A stretch of DNA of 45,524 bases from an uncultured Candidatus Saccharibacteria bacterium (GCA_964567555.1 CAZMNA010000002.1:71795-117318), one strand, 5' to 3'. Counted from the stretch's first letter, positions 8,953-19,297 are shown. The notes: generated from the letters alone by a model not told the origin. Program-made: numbers and translations.

Positions 8953-9993
8953 TTAATAGTTAAAGAAAATTTTCTTTTGCTTAGAATCGATACGGCCCTT
9001 TTGCCCTGCCGGGACTACAATCTGCGGATCGGTGTGGCCAAACTCCATGTTCTGAATCACCGGAATGTGTCTATTATAAAAACGAATAGAATCAATAACT
9101 GCTTTCTGCTGGGCTTGCCTGAACTTAACCTTCTCTTCAAGTGATAGCATGCGGTGGAAGTTCCATGCCTTCGGTCGACCAAACAAAACGCCCTGAAGCC
9201 TGTCAAACCAGCCGCGCTCCCCTAGTCCATTCAAAAAGTGAGCTACCATCCACGGCTCGGGCATCTCCTCGGACGTTTCCAAAAACAAAATGCAGCCTTC
9301 AATATCCTGGTTGCTGGGGACTGGCTGTCCAGCGGCAAAGGTTGCAATATAGGCCTCGAGACAGCCGCCCCACAAAATTCCTTCGGCGTCTTTATCGCCG
9401 TCCCAAAGCCAGCCGTCACTTTTCTCTGCCTTGGGTGGATTCCGCCAGTTCTTTTGATCTTCCCAAGAAATGGCTTCGTCGTTAAATTCCTTTGAGGCAC
9501 TTAACTCAAACTCTCCTTTATCAAACAAGGCGTGCTTTAGGTATTTGTCGGTTAGCGCAGAATTCACATACGAATGGCCAAATTGAATCATTACTCCACC
9601 ACCATAGTAGCTCGGAATGCCCAGATTCCAGAGGTAATTGACTAGATGCGCGTTGTCACTGTAGCCAAAGAAAGGCTTTGGATTATCGGTAAAGACCTTT
9701 GCGTCAAGGTGTTTAAGCAGGCGTACTTGATCGTAGCCACCCAGCGTAGAAATCACAGCTTTGTTTTTTGGGTCAGCAAAAGCTTCCATTAGTTCACTAG
9801 CTTTTTCTTGGTGAGTGGCGGCAAGTTTCCGGGTAAATGGATACTCTTTTGGCGACAAACCAAATTCCTTTTCTATCCGCTCAACGCCAAATTTGTAAAC
9901 CCATGGGAAACGGGCCGCAGCATCGCCCGCCGGAGACACCAGGGCCACCCGGTCGCCGGGTTTGAGCTTTGGAAGTTCTACGAACTGTTTCAT
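8953..9993 (-). CDS. S66 family peptidase (LD-carboxypeptidase/MccF-like)
   Basis: LKPGDRVALVSPA, GGYD, FFGYSDN, LWGGCLE, LFLETSEE, FGHTDP. Confidence 0.9.
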   Translation of the reverse strand: MKQFVELPKLKPGDRVALVSPAGDAAARFPWVYKFGVERIEKEFGLSPKEYPFTRKLAATHQEKASELMEAFADPKNKAVISTLGGYDQVRLLKHLDAKVFTDNPKPFFGYSDNAHLVNYLWNLGIPSYYGGGVMIQFGHSYVNSALTDKYLKHALFDKGEFELSASKEFNDEAISWEDQKNWRNPPKAEKSDGWLWDGDKDAEGILWGGCLEAYIATFAAGQPVPSNQDIEGCILFLETSEEMPEPWMVAHFLNGLGERGWFDRLQGVLFGRPKAWNFHRMLSLEEKVKFRQAQQKAVIDSIRFYNRHIPVIQNMEFGHTDPQIVVPAGQKGRIDSKQKKIFFNY

Positions 9994-12806
9994 AGTTCGC
10001 CCCAGTTTTTGCCTATTAAAATATCAGCTTTAAGTTTTACAGGCAGTTTGTAGGCCGATTCCATTACGTCTTTGACTAGTTTGCCGACTCTTTCTGCCTG
10101 ATTAGCCGGCGTCTCTAAAATCAAGCTGTCATGAATCTGCAAAAGTATTTTGCAATCATCGTCCAGCTTAGCGGCCAGCTGAACCATGGCCAGCTTCATA
10201 ATATCGGCGGCCGTCCCCTGCATGGGATGGTTGATAGCGGCGCGGTAAGCCGCCTCCCTCACGATGAAATTACTTGAGTGAATATCCGGCGTGGGCCGGC
10301 GCCGGCCCAGCAAAGTCTCTACATAGCCCTGCTTTTCTGCCAGAGCACGAGTTTTTTCTATGTAGGCTTTGAGGGCTGGGCGGATTTGGAAATAGCGTTT
10401 TATAAAATCACGGGCTGCACCAAAATCCATGCCAGTGGATTGGGAAAGGGCGTGCGGGCCAAGGCCATACATGATGCCAAAATTGACCTCTTTAACAGAT
10501 GAGCGCTGAGTTTTGGTGACCTTGTCTGCTGGGATACCGTAAAGTTCGGCTGCCGTTTCTGCGTGAATGTCAGCATCATTGTTAAAGGCCTTTATCATGT
10601 TGCCATCACCACTCAGAGAAGCCGCAATACGGAGTTCAAACTGGCTGTAATCCGCACTGATAAGCAGGTTACCTTTTTCTGCCACAAAGGCTGTACGGAT
10701 ATTGCGACCAAGCTCCGTCTTGACTGGAATGTTCTGCAAATTGGGGCCTTCTGAACTTAACCGACCGGTTGGTGCGACAGTTAAATTGAATGTTGTGTGC
10801 ACGCGCGAGTTTTTATCAACCTGTCCGGGCAGAGTGTCTGCATAAGTATTTTTGAGCTTAGTGGCCTCGCGGTACTGCGAGATTAAATCGATGATAGGAT
10901 GGGCGCCTTGGAGTTTAGCAAGTTCGCTGGCAGCGGTTGAGTAACCAGTCTTTCCTTTCTTAATGCTCCACGCCCCTTGCACCATACCAACCTGCTCACC
11001 GGCAGAGCCGGTAACACTGTTGGTACTGGCGACGGCTGACTGCGTTGAAGCCTGCGTCTGCTCCTTCAGCGCACCATCTTTGTGCGCCTTAGTCCGCTGC
11101 TCGGCTTCGCCTTGTCCCCCACTCGCCTGCACAAAGCGTGAACTGCCTCGTGTCGGTAATTGAAGTTTTATAAACAAAACTTCGGCCAGCTGAATTGGCG
11201 AACTGATGTTGAACTCAAAGTCGGCATAACCATAAATTTTTTGTTCAATGTCGCTGATATCGCCTTCCAGCTTGGCAGCAAACTTCTTTAAATAGCTGGT
11301 GTCTAGTTTGATGCCGGCCATCTCCATATCCGCCAAAACGTGTGTTAGCGGCCATTCAATTTCTTTAGCCAGCTTGTTCACTTTGGGCATTTGCTCTAGC
11401 GCCAGCTTCTGGCCACTGTAAAGTTCACTAGTTACGGCCATGATTTCATCGCCCCGGGCCAACAAATCCTCGGTGGGCAAATCATCCAGGCTAGGGCCGT
11501 CATAATCAAGACCGGCTGAGGCTAGTTCTGTCAGGCTTTGGGCGCGTACCAATGGATTTATCAAAAAAGCGCCGACCAAAATATCGTGTTCTACCGGAGG
11601 GTAATCTACGCCTAGATTTTTTAATACCTTGAGGCCATTTTTAACGTCATAGCCGATTAAACTTTTGCCTTTGAGGATTTGGCCGACTGCTTTGGCGGCT
11701 TTAGCGCCATCTAGACCAGCCAGGTCAAAACCAAGCGCCTCGGTTGGGTTGCCTAAAATTATCATTCGCGGGTCCGCGCCGTGCGCACCTGTGGCCCGGC
11801 TATATATAAAAATTTGCTCGCCGGCCAGTTTTAGCCCCGCCAGCCCCGTGTCACGCGCAATAATTTTGTACTTGGGCAGTTTGATTTTTGATGCAATTTG
11901 GTTGGCCGGTGCATCCGGTACCTGCATGTTGGCTGGCAAATTGCGCAGCAAGCTCCTAAACTCCAGCTGTTCCAGCAGTTTATGCAGGTGAGTTACATCA
12001 ATTTTAGAACTGTCCATCTCTTTGAGGTTGAGTTTCATCGGCGCGTCACACCAAATAGCGGCAATTTTTTTGCTCAGATATGCGCTGTCTTTGCCGGCCA
12101 CCAGTTTTTTACGCACGGAGTCTTTTATTAGGTCAATATTTTCATACACACCGTCCAGGGTTTTATATTGTTTGAGCAGTTCAATGGCTGTTTTCTCGCC
12201 AATGCCCGGTACGCCCGGGATGTTATCGGAACTATCACCCTTTAAGGCTTTAAGGTCCAAAAATTGCGTAGCCTGAAGGCCATATTTGGCCTCAAAACTT
12301 TCCGGATGGTATTCCTCTATGTTAGAAAAGCCTTTTTTGAGCGCATAGACCTTAACGTGGTGGGTAATTAGCTGGAGTACGTCCAGATCGGAGGTAATTA
12401 GCAGTGTTTCAACGTCTTTTTTCTCGGCCTGCACAGCAAGCGTTCCCATAATATCGTCGGCTTCATAATCATCCAGCTCATAAAGCGGCCAGCCAAAAGC
12501 GCTAAGCAGGTCATGCAGAATCGGGATTTGGGTATAAAAGTCCGGGGGAGCCGGTTTGCGCCCAGCTTTGTACTCCGGATACATCTCTTTGCGTTTTCTA
12601 ATGTTGGTTTTGGGCTTGTCCCACGCCACGCAGACATAATCTGGCTGAAGTTTTTTAATTAGCTCCAGCGCCATAGCGGCAAAACCAAACACACCGCCGG
12701 TGGGTACGCCGTCACCCGTAGAAAGATTGGGCATGGCGTAATAACCACGGTAAAACACACTTTTACCATCAATAATCGCCAGCTTTTTTCTAGCCTCCGC
12801 CATCAC
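9990..12806 (-). CDS. polA: DNA polymerase I with a 60-aa in-frame insertion
   Basis: 5' nuclease motifs (IDGKS..YRGYYA, YEADD, GDSSDNIPGVPGIGEK) and polymerase motifs (GRLSSEGPNLQNIP, ADYSQFELR, KEVNFGIMYG, QGTAAD, LLQIHDSL). Confidence 0.97.
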   Translation of the reverse strand: MMAEARKKLAIIDGKSVFYRGYYAMPNLSTGDGVPTGGVFGFAAMALELIKKLQPDYVCVAWDKPKTNIRKRKEMYPEYKAGRKPAPPDFYTQIPILHDLLSAFGWPLYELDDYEADDIMGTLAVQAEKKDVETLLITSDLDVLQLITHHVKVYALKKGFSNIEEYHPESFEAKYGLQATQFLDLKALKGDSSDNIPGVPGIGEKTAIELLKQYKTLDGVYENIDLIKDSVRKKLVAGKDSAYLSKKIAAIWCDAPMKLNLKEMDSSKIDVTHLHKLLEQLEFRSLLRNLPANMQVPDAPANQIASKIKLPKYKIIARDTGLAGLKLAGEQIFIYSRATGAHGADPRMIILGNPTEALGFDLAGLDGAKAAKAVGQILKGKSLIGYDVKNGLKVLKNLGVDYPPVEHDILVGAFLINPLVRAQSLTELASAGLDYDGPSLDDLPTEDLLARGDEIMAVTSELYSGQKLALEQMPKVNKLAKEIEWPLTHVLADMEMAGIKLDTSYLKKFAAKLEGDISDIEQKIYGYADFEFNISSPIQLAEVLFIKLQLPTRGSSRFVQASGGQGEAEQRTKAHKDGALKEQTQASTQSAVASTNSVTGSAGEQVGMVQGAWSIKKGKTGYSTAASELAKLQGAHPIIDLISQYREATKLKNTYADTLPGQVDKNSRVHTTFNLTVAPTGRLSSEGPNLQNIPVKTELGRNIRTAFVAEKGNLLISADYSQFELRIAASLSGDGNMIKAFNNDADIHAETAAELYGIPADKVTKTQRSSVKEVNFGIMYGLGPHALSQSTGMDFGAARDFIKRYFQIRPALKAYIEKTRALAEKQGYVETLLGRRRPTPDIHSSNFIVREAAYRAAINHPMQGTAADIMKLAMVQLAAKLDDDCKILLQIHDSLILETPANQAERVGKLVKDVMESAYKLPVKLKADILIGKNWGEL
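10965..11144 (-). mobile_element. 180-nt in-frame palindromic insertion in polA (RPE-like)
   Basis: Interrupts LPTRG|IKKGKTGYST. Ends AGTTCACGCTTTGTGCA and TGCAAGGGGCGTGGAGC pair with G-U wobbles. Internal GGC-GAA-GCC and GCGCAC/GTGCGC hairpins. Confidence 0.65.
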
Positions 12807-12830
12807 GCTAAATTATACGCGTTACTAAGC

Positions 12831-13871
12831 TTATTGCTCAGGTGTGGTTGGATCGACTTCTAAGATCTGGCGCAGTCTTTGTAGCTCAACTGCAGCTTTG
12901 TGCGCCTCGCTAGCCACCTGGCCAAGCGGCGGCTGGGATGGATCTTCACCTTTTACGTCGGCAAGCTCGTGCGTACCATATGTTACGACTCCGATGTTTC
13001 TGGTTTTACCGACGCGTTCTAGCTCAAGCATGGTCATTACAGCATCTGTTTCCCTTGACGGTTGATAAGTTGAACTGGTAACAAAGCCCACTTCTCGGTC
13101 CTCACTTTCAGGCAATTGGGCAAGGAAATTATTTATTACTTTCATCAAGCCAGCTGGTCCTAAGGTATTATATTTCTTAGGGTCGTCAGGGTCTGGATAT
13201 TCACGATCAACTCTGAGTAGATGCACTGGAGTTATATGATCGACAAAACCTAGGTTCTTTAGTTGCCCTGTTTTACTTTCTGTCTGTACTTCGCCCTCAA
13301 TGCTATAGCCAAAGTGTAAGACTTCCACTGGGCGAGGTTGCATACGAGGAATTTTATAAGCTACCTGTTGGGCCACATCGTACTCAGTCGGGCCGACAGA
13401 GTCTGTATTTAGACCAAGTACTCTCGCGGTAATCTCTCTTTCCTTAGCTTTGTCCTCATCAGTTGCAGGAATTGCCCGCTCAGGGGTAGCGGCTATAATG
13501 ATGGCACTTGGTTTAGCTGTTGCGTCTGACAAAACTACAAAGATTTCAGCTAGCATTTTATGCGCCTGACCGCCTTCTATAATTGCAACGTAACCATTCC
13601 TTAAACCAGCCTCGCTAGCAGTTAGATTGGTCTCCCGGCCAACGCCAAGTTTAGCCATGGCCTCACGAAGAGCGGTCTCCTGGCCAGTATCTAAAGTATA
13701 TTCAGTGTCCGCTCGACGCTCGCCAGGTTCGGGAAAAATTTCAAGCGGACTTGCGCCACTATTGGCCGGCTCTACAGCAACCACCGCTTCTGCTAAAGCC
13801 CCCGCCATTTTATCTAGTGTTTGGCGGGCTTTTTCTTCAGCTGAAACCGGGTAGCCTTCGTGTTTTGTCAT
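12831..13871 (-). CDS. Hypothetical protein (possible distant YdcF/DUF218-like fold)
   Basis: 346-aa ORF with TATAGT 7 nt before the ATG. FVTSSTYQPSR only loosely resembles the YdcF VTSxxHxxR motif. Confidence 0.55.
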   Translation of the reverse strand: MTKHEGYPVSAEEKARQTLDKMAGALAEAVVAVEPANSGASPLEIFPEPGERRADTEYTLDTGQETALREAMAKLGVGRETNLTASEAGLRNGYVAIIEGGQAHKMLAEIFVVLSDATAKPSAIIIAATPERAIPATDEDKAKEREITARVLGLNTDSVGPTEYDVAQQVAYKIPRMQPRPVEVLHFGYSIEGEVQTESKTGQLKNLGFVDHITPVHLLRVDREYPDPDDPKKYNTLGPAGLMKVINNFLAQLPESEDREVGFVTSSTYQPSRETDAVMTMLELERVGKTRNIGVVTYGTHELADVKGEDPSQPPLGQVASEAHKAAVELQRLRQILEVDPTTPEQ

Positions 13872-13904
13872 AAATCAGACTATACCATATTTTCTGACTA
13901 ATTG

Positions 13905-14471
13905 CTAGAGGTTGAGCGTTTTTTTGACTTGAGCCTTGAAAGCTTCTAAGTCATTACTGCCGTTCTCAATAAAAATGTCGGCGTTTTTTTTAACAGCAGC
14001 CATATTGAGCGTGGCGTCATCGCCGCTGTGGGCCATCTCAGCTTTTTCTTCGGCTAAAAACTGTTGATAGGTCTTTTGGTCTTTATCACCTTGAGCGCGG
14101 CTGTAGATGCGCTCGTAACGAACGTGTGGGCTTGCGTCTACCCAAACAACCTTACCGCCAAGCTCGTGCACACGCTGCACTTCCCCGGGATGACGCAAAC
14201 TACCCACTACAAGACCTTCATATTTTTTACCGGAGGATTCACACAGCTTCACGGCCCGGTCTACCACCGCACCCATACCCTCTTTTTGACGCCACTCAGT
14301 CGTCAGAGCAGACATTTGCTCACGCTCCAGCGGGCGTCCAAGACGTTTGAGTTCCGGGATGATTAAATCACCAGAAGATGATACAAAAAACCAGCCATAA
14401 TCATCCTTTAACAACGCTGCCAAGCTATCTTTGCCCGAACCATTTGTGCCGGCAATACCTAGAATTTTCAT
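13905..14471 (-). CDS. P-loop nucleotide kinase (dephospho-CoA/NMP kinase-like)
   Basis: GIAGTNGSGKD Walker A, SLRHPGE, VWVDASPHVRYERI..R. Confidence 0.75.
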   Translation of the reverse strand: MKILGIAGTNGSGKDSLAALLKDDYGWFFVSSSGDLIIPELKRLGRPLEREQMSALTTEWRQKEGMGAVVDRAVKLCESSGKKYEGLVVGSLRHPGEVQRVHELGGKVVWVDASPHVRYERIYSRAQGDKDQKTYQQFLAEEKAEMAHSGDDATLNMAAVKKNADIFIENGSNDLEAFKAQVKKTLNL

Positions 14472-15079
14472 TTATTATCTCTCTCGCCTTCGATATATAG
14501 CCGAACAAGGTCTGGAACAAGTTCGTCCACTTTGTTAGGCTCAATGCCTATCCTCTCAGCTAATTCTCCTCTTAGTTGCCGAGCGCCGGCAAGCCCACCA
14601 ATACCGAGTTCGTTGCCCACTTCGGCCCATGTTCTACCTTCATCTATCATTTCCAGCGCTTCAAATTCTTGGGGACTAAGACCAACAGCAATACTGCCTA
14701 AATCTAGGCTGGTTTGTGTTTTTGCTTTTTGAATATCTTCCGCCATTTTTTCCAAGGGTAGCGTATGAGGACCTAGGTGCATCCCCGCTCTCTTGAAGAG
14801 TCTTTGTGCATTGGTCTTGGATATAGCCATGTAGTCCGCTATTTCGCTAAAGGGCATCGGCCCGCTTTTTCCGGATAAGCCCAGGTGGAGTTCGTAAGCT
14901 CGGCGCAATTTATAATCTAAATGGCGCAGAGCTTGTAGGGCCATTTTGCGAGGGTCGTCCTCAACAATTCTTGCAACGGCTTCGGGCACATGCATTGCCA
15001 GTTCCCTTTCCAGCTCCTCAATCGTAGGCAGCTCCCTGGATCTGGGGTCAAAAGGGTCGGGTGTTTCTTCTTCAGCCAT
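14468..15079 (-). CDS. Hypothetical protein with sigma70 region 4-like HTH and LuxR-like HTH
   Basis: ALRHLDYKLRRAYELHLGL...MPFSEIADYMAISKTNAQRL.KRA and LSPQEFEALEMIDEGRTWAEVGNELGI. Confidence 0.55.
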   Translation of the reverse strand: MAEEETPDPFDPRSRELPTIEELERELAMHVPEAVARIVEDDPRKMALQALRHLDYKLRRAYELHLGLSGKSGPMPFSEIADYMAISKTNAQRLFKRAGMHLGPHTLPLEKMAEDIQKAKTQTSLDLGSIAVGLSPQEFEALEMIDEGRTWAEVGNELGIGGLAGARQLRGELAERIGIEPNKVDELVPDLVRLYIEGERDNK

Positions 15080-15088
15080 TTGAAAAAT

Positions 15089-16339
15089 TTATTGTAAATA
15101 CTCGTGCAGGCGGCGGGTATCTTTGTTCTTGCGCAGTTTGGCCAGAGCCTTGGCTTCAATTTGACGAATGCGCTCACGGGTGACGCTAAATTCTTGGCCG
15201 ACTTCTTCAAGCGTGTGGCTTTTGCCGTCTTCTAGCCCAAAGCGTAGCTTTAAAATCTTTTGCTCGCGGTCGGTTAAAGACGACAATATCCGGCGGACTT
15301 GTTCTTTGAGCAGTTGCTCAGAAGCCGACTCGGTCGGGGTTTTGGCGTCTTCATCTTCAATAAAGTCACCCAGTACTGAATCTTCCTCATCGTCGCGCAC
15401 AGACGCGTCCAGGCTGGAAATGTCCTGCTTGATTTTCATGATGTGCTCAACTTTATCTACGTCCATTTCCATAGCCACGGCGATTTCTTCGTTGGTAGGT
15501 TCGCGGTTGAGCTCTTGGGTTAATCTACGCTGGGTTCTAAGCAGTTTATTGATGGTCTCTACCATATGCACCGGAATACGAATGGTACGGGCTTGGTCGG
15601 CAATGGCCCGGGTGATGGCTTGGCGGATCCACCAAGTGGCATAGGTGGAGAATTTAAAGCCGCGGTCAGGGTCAAATTTTTCCACCGCTCTAAGCAGGCC
15701 GGTATTGCCTTCCTGAATTAAGTCCAGTAAATCCAAGCCACGCCCTACGTAACGCTTGGCGATGGACACAACCAGGCGCATGTTAGCCTCGGCCATGGCG
15801 TCCTTGGCGCGTTTTTCACCGCGCTTTACCCGGCGGGCCAGTGCCAGCTCTTCCTCGGCCGTCAGCAGCGGGATTTTACCGATTTCACGCAAGTAAAGCC
15901 GCACAGAGTCGTCTGAAATATCATCCAGGAAGGCGGCGTCTGGCGTGACGGTTTTTTCTTCGGGTTCGTCTTCCCATTCGGCTAAGTCGGTGGCTTCTGG
16001 AGCCTCCACCGGCACCAGCTCAATATCGTTTTCGCTCATTTCGGCATAGAGCCGCTCCAGCACATCAATATTGGCAGGCGTATCGGGTATAAGAGTAAAT
16101 ATTTCGCGCTGTTCTAGCTTGCCATCGCGCTTGGCCTGTTCCAATAACTGGGAAATTTCGCGGTCGTAGCTTTTGGAGGTACGGCGTGGGCCGCGTTTAG
16201 CAGCCACTTTAGCTACAGCCGGCTTTTTAGCCACCGGTTTCTTAACCACCGGTTTTTTAACGGCAGCAGCTTTTTTGGGGGCAGCTTTTTTTATCGCCGG
16301 TTTTTTGGCTTTGGGCTTCGCGGTATCTTTTTTAGGCAT
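15089..16339 (-). CDS. rpoD: Primary RNA polymerase sigma factor RpoD
   Basis: [37 protein letters not shown]-type region ([33 protein letters not shown]), [13 protein letters not shown]. Confidence 0.97.
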   Translation of the reverse strand: MPKKDTAKPKAKKPAIKKAAPKKAAAVKKPVVKKPVAKKPAVAKVAAKRGPRRTSKSYDREISQLLEQAKRDGKLEQREIFTLIPDTPANIDVLERLYAEMSENDIELVPVEAPEATDLAEWEDEPEEKTVTPDAAFLDDISDDSVRLYLREIGKIPLLTAEEELALARRVKRGEKRAKDAMAEANMRLVVSIAKRYVGRGLDLLDLIQEGNTGLLRAVEKFDPDRGFKFSTYATWWIRQAITRAIADQARTIRIPVHMVETINKLLRTQRRLTQELNREPTNEEIAVAMEMDVDKVEHIMKIKQDISSLDASVRDDEEDSVLGDFIEDEDAKTPTESASEQLLKEQVRRILSSLTDREQKILKLRFGLEDGKSHTLEEVGQEFSVTRERIRQIEAKALAKLRKNKDTRRLHEYLQ

Positions 16340-16344
16340 AGGGG

Positions 16345-18102
16345 CTAACCTTCCTGATTCATTAGTTGATTAAGAGTATCCACCTTTTTTATAAGTTGTT
16401 TCATCTTTTTATCATCACTAGTTTCGCGCATTTGCGCGGCTAGTTTTTGCTTTTGGAGAGTTATGTAGCGGCTAATAAGCCGGTGAGCTAAATTGTTAGA
16501 CTGCTCTTCTAGGTCACTAAAGGGCAGGTCTTTATATAGCTCCTCAAATTGTAACGTTATTATTTTAACATAATCAGATATATCCCGCAATTTGGCAGCA
16601 GTTTTTGCATCCTTGGTAAAGTCCGGGTTATCCTGCAAAAATCCTAGAACCTTTTGGCGTGTATCATCTGTAAAATATTCGGCTTTTATATTTTTGAGTA
16701 GCCAGCGTAGTTTGGGCTGAGCAAACGTGATGGCCAAAAAATGGTCCTGCATACGCTGGTATTCTGACGCTACAACATCAATCTCGGTCTCCAGCCCTTT
16801 AGGTTTTTTAAATAGCGGCTGAGCTACGGGAGATTTGGTGAACTTGGCCTGCACGGCTTCTAAGCTGGTATCCGTCAATTCGGCGATTTTTTTAAGATAA
16901 TGTTCCCGCTCTACTGGATCGGTCAGTGCGCGGATGACGTTAAGCAGCGCATCAGTAAAAGCCCGTTTGCCATCGGCAGTGGAAAGATCCAGTTCAGCTG
17001 CATAAAGCTTTATGAGCCAATCGGGCGCATAGACAGCCGCTTCGACCGCCCTTTGCCAGGCTCCGGCGTCTTTGCTTACCAGCTCGTCGGGATCCTTGGC
17101 GCCGGTAATGGTAATAATTTTGAGCGATACGTCTGTCTTTTGGGCTAGCGGAATAATGCGTTCGGTGGCAGCAATACCGGCGCTGTCGGCATCAAAACAA
17201 AGCCGGGTATCACCGGTGAAACGTTTTAGAATTTTAAGATGATGCTCGGTCATGGCCGTACCGGCGCTGGCTACCACATTGGGAAAACCGGCCTGGTGAC
17301 AGCCAATCACGTCCATATTGCCTTCTACCACAACCACGTAGCCGTCTTTGCGGATAGACGCCTTGGCCAGATCCAGCCCATACACCTGGCGGCTTTTGTC
17401 ATACAAAATAGTTTGAGGTGTATTGATGTATTTGGGAGCGCCAGGCTCGTCTGCCAGCAATCTGGCCGTAAAGCCCACCACCGAACCGGCTTGGTCGGCT
17501 AGGGGAATCATGATCCGGCCGCGGAACATATCGCGCGCACCGCTTGCGCGCATCGTTACCAAACCTGCCCGCTTCATCTCATCGGTGCTAAAGCCGCGCT
17601 TGGTCAAAAAATTAGTTAAGGCTGTGCCGCTACTGGGCGAATAGCCCAACCGCCATTGCAAGATAGTCTTTTTGGTTAAACTCCGCTGCCTTATTAAGTA
17701 CTTTAGGGCGGGCTGATTTGCGGAAAGCTGTGTTTGATAAAACTTGACGGCCAGCTCCAGAGCTTCAGTGGCCCGAGTTTTTAATTTAGTGTTAGCTGTT
17801 TTTGGGCCAGTTTTGTACTGATCTAGGTCCACGCCGGCTTGACGGGCTAGGTGTGCTAGCGCACCAGCAAAATCCAACCCTTCCATCTCCATGATAAAGC
17901 TAAAGACGTCGCCGCCTTTACCAGAGCTAAAATCGTGCCAAATCTGTTTTTCGGGGCTGACTATGAAACTCGGTGTCTTTTCATTAGTCCAGGGTGAGAG
18001 GCCCTTAAAATTGCGACCGGCGCGTTTTAGCTGAACGTACCCACTAACTACGTCTTCAATATTCAAACGAGCCTTAACTTCACCTGCCGCATCCATATCC
18101 AT
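16345..18102 (-). CDS. dnaG: DNA primase
   Basis: [54 protein letters not shown]. Confidence 0.97.
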   Translation of the reverse strand: MDMDAAGEVKARLNIEDVVSGYVQLKRAGRNFKGLSPWTNEKTPSFIVSPEKQIWHDFSSGKGGDVFSFIMEMEGLDFAGALAHLARQAGVDLDQYKTGPKTANTKLKTRATEALELAVKFYQTQLSANQPALKYLIRQRSLTKKTILQWRLGYSPSSGTALTNFLTKRGFSTDEMKRAGLVTMRASGARDMFRGRIMIPLADQAGSVVGFTARLLADEPGAPKYINTPQTILYDKSRQVYGLDLAKASIRKDGYVVVVEGNMDVIGCHQAGFPNVVASAGTAMTEHHLKILKRFTGDTRLCFDADSAGIAATERIIPLAQKTDVSLKIITITGAKDPDELVSKDAGAWQRAVEAAVYAPDWLIKLYAAELDLSTADGKRAFTDALLNVIRALTDPVEREHYLKKIAELTDTSLEAVQAKFTKSPVAQPLFKKPKGLETEIDVVASEYQRMQDHFLAITFAQPKLRWLLKNIKAEYFTDDTRQKVLGFLQDNPDFTKDAKTAAKLRDISDYVKIITLQFEELYKDLPFSDLEEQSNNLAHRLISRYITLQKQKLAAQMRETSDDKKMKQLIKKVDTLNQLMNQEG

Positions 18103-18143
18103 AAGTTTATAGCGCGCGGGCTCAACCTAAAAGCACGAGCAGT

Positions 18144-18220
18144 TTATGTATTGGCCGTGACTAGTCCGTAGGAATGTCTTATCAAGTCTTTGATTTCATC
18201 ATCACCCACTGACCGGTAAG
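18144..18220 (-). pseudogene. Duplicated 3'-end fragment of an mmcQ/yjbR-family gene
   Basis: Translates LTGQ(-1 nt)GDDEIKDLIRHSYGLVTANT*, compared with the intact gene end LTGQLSWDEVKDLINHSYNLVIG* at 18307-18378. Confidence 0.8.
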
Positions 18221-18306
18221 AGCGGCTCCGCCTTATGAGACAAACCAAAGGTGTTTCTCATCGCGCCGGGCAAAAAGCGCGATTTTTGCTCGGGCTCTCT
18301 TTTCCT

Positions 18307-18627
18307 TCAGCCAATCACCAGATTGTAAGAGTGATTTATTAAGTCCTTGACCTCATCCCAAGAAAGTTGTCCCGTTAAAACAATTGTGTTCCAGTGCTTT
18401 TTGTTCAAGTGGTAGCCCGGCATGACGGTTTCATACTTCTCACGCAGAGTTTGGGCTAAAAGTGGATCACATTTTAGGCTTACTTGGATGGGCTCTTTTC
18501 CTTCTTGGATGAGAGCAAACATTTTGTCACCAACCTTATAGACAGCCGTCTTTTCACCGAACGGATAATCAAGCTTGGCGTCTGGCAGGCTTAAAATATA
18601 CTTTTCCAGGCGCGAAAAGCTTAGCAT
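18307..18627 (-). CDS. MmcQ/YjbR family protein
   Basis: DYPFGEKTAVYKVGDKMFAL, LKCDP, PGYHLNKKHWNT. Confidence 0.9.
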   Translation of the reverse strand: MLSFSRLEKYILSLPDAKLDYPFGEKTAVYKVGDKMFALIQEGKEPIQVSLKCDPLLAQTLREKYETVMPGYHLNKKHWNTIVLTGQLSWDEVKDLINHSYNLVIG

Positions 18628-18857
18628 TAGTCCTTAGCTATACGGGAAATTAACTCGGCTAGAACTAGGCTAATACCAAAACCGGCCACTTGCCGCCAAG
18701 TCACGCTCCACCAGGCAGCCCAGCCAGGCACACCAAAAGATTCGGACGCGAAACTAATTAAATTAGCTAGCGAAAAGGCGACCAAAATGCCAACTATGAT
18801 GTTGTTGGTTGATTTTTCGCGCAGGACACCGTGGAGTTTGGGTTTTAATGAGCTCAT
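18627..18857 (-). CDS. Small hypothetical membrane protein
   Basis: Two hydrophobic segments; 1-nt overlap with the mmcQ start. Confidence 0.55.
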   Translation of the reverse strand: MSSLKPKLHGVLREKSTNNIIVGILVAFSLANLISFASESFGVPGWAAWWSVTWRQVAGFGISLVLAELISRIAKD

Positions 18858-18886
18858 AACTACCTCTTTATAGCTTGGACTATAGC

Positions 18887-19297
18887 TTATTTTCCGGCCG
18901 GTTTAAAGTCTAAGCAGGCCGAATTAATACAATAGTGCTTGTCGTGAACTTCGCCCGGTACGTCTTCAAATAAATGTCCCAGGTGGCTGCCGCAATTAGC
19001 ACAAGAAATCTCTACCCCACGCATCCCCATGCTGTCATCGTCCGTCAATTTAATTGCTTCAGAGCGAGCAACATCAGAAAAGCTAGGCCAGCCCGTAAGC
19101 CCCGGAGCAGTTGATTCAAACTTGGTGTCAGAACTAAACAGCTCCGCGCCGCAGACAACGCACCTATACATGCCTTTTTCAGAATGATTAACGTATTTAC
19201 CTGAAAATGGTGCCTCTGTGCCCTTTTCGCGCAATAAATGATACTGCTCTGGCGTCAGCTTCTTTTTTAATTCTTCGTCATCTAACTGCTTGGTCAT
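18887..19297 (-). CDS. msrB: Peptide-methionine (R)-S-oxide reductase
   Basis: LTPEQY..LREKGTE.PFSG, CVVCG, GWPSF, CANCGSHLGH.F, YCINS. Start set at ATG 19297, just after the argS stop. Confidence 0.95.
   Translation of the reverse strand: MTKQLDDEELKKKLTPEQYHLLREKGTEAPFSGKYVNHSEKGMYRCVVCGAELFSSDTKFESTAPGLTGWPSFSDVARSEAIKLTDDDSMGMRGVEISCANCGSHLGHLFEDVPGEVHDKHYCINSACLDFKPAGK

Noticed and set aside
18144-18378. DGR template/variable repeat pair at the mmcQ end
   Set aside because: The differences are mostly synonymous and not adenine-specific, and no reverse transcriptase is in the window.
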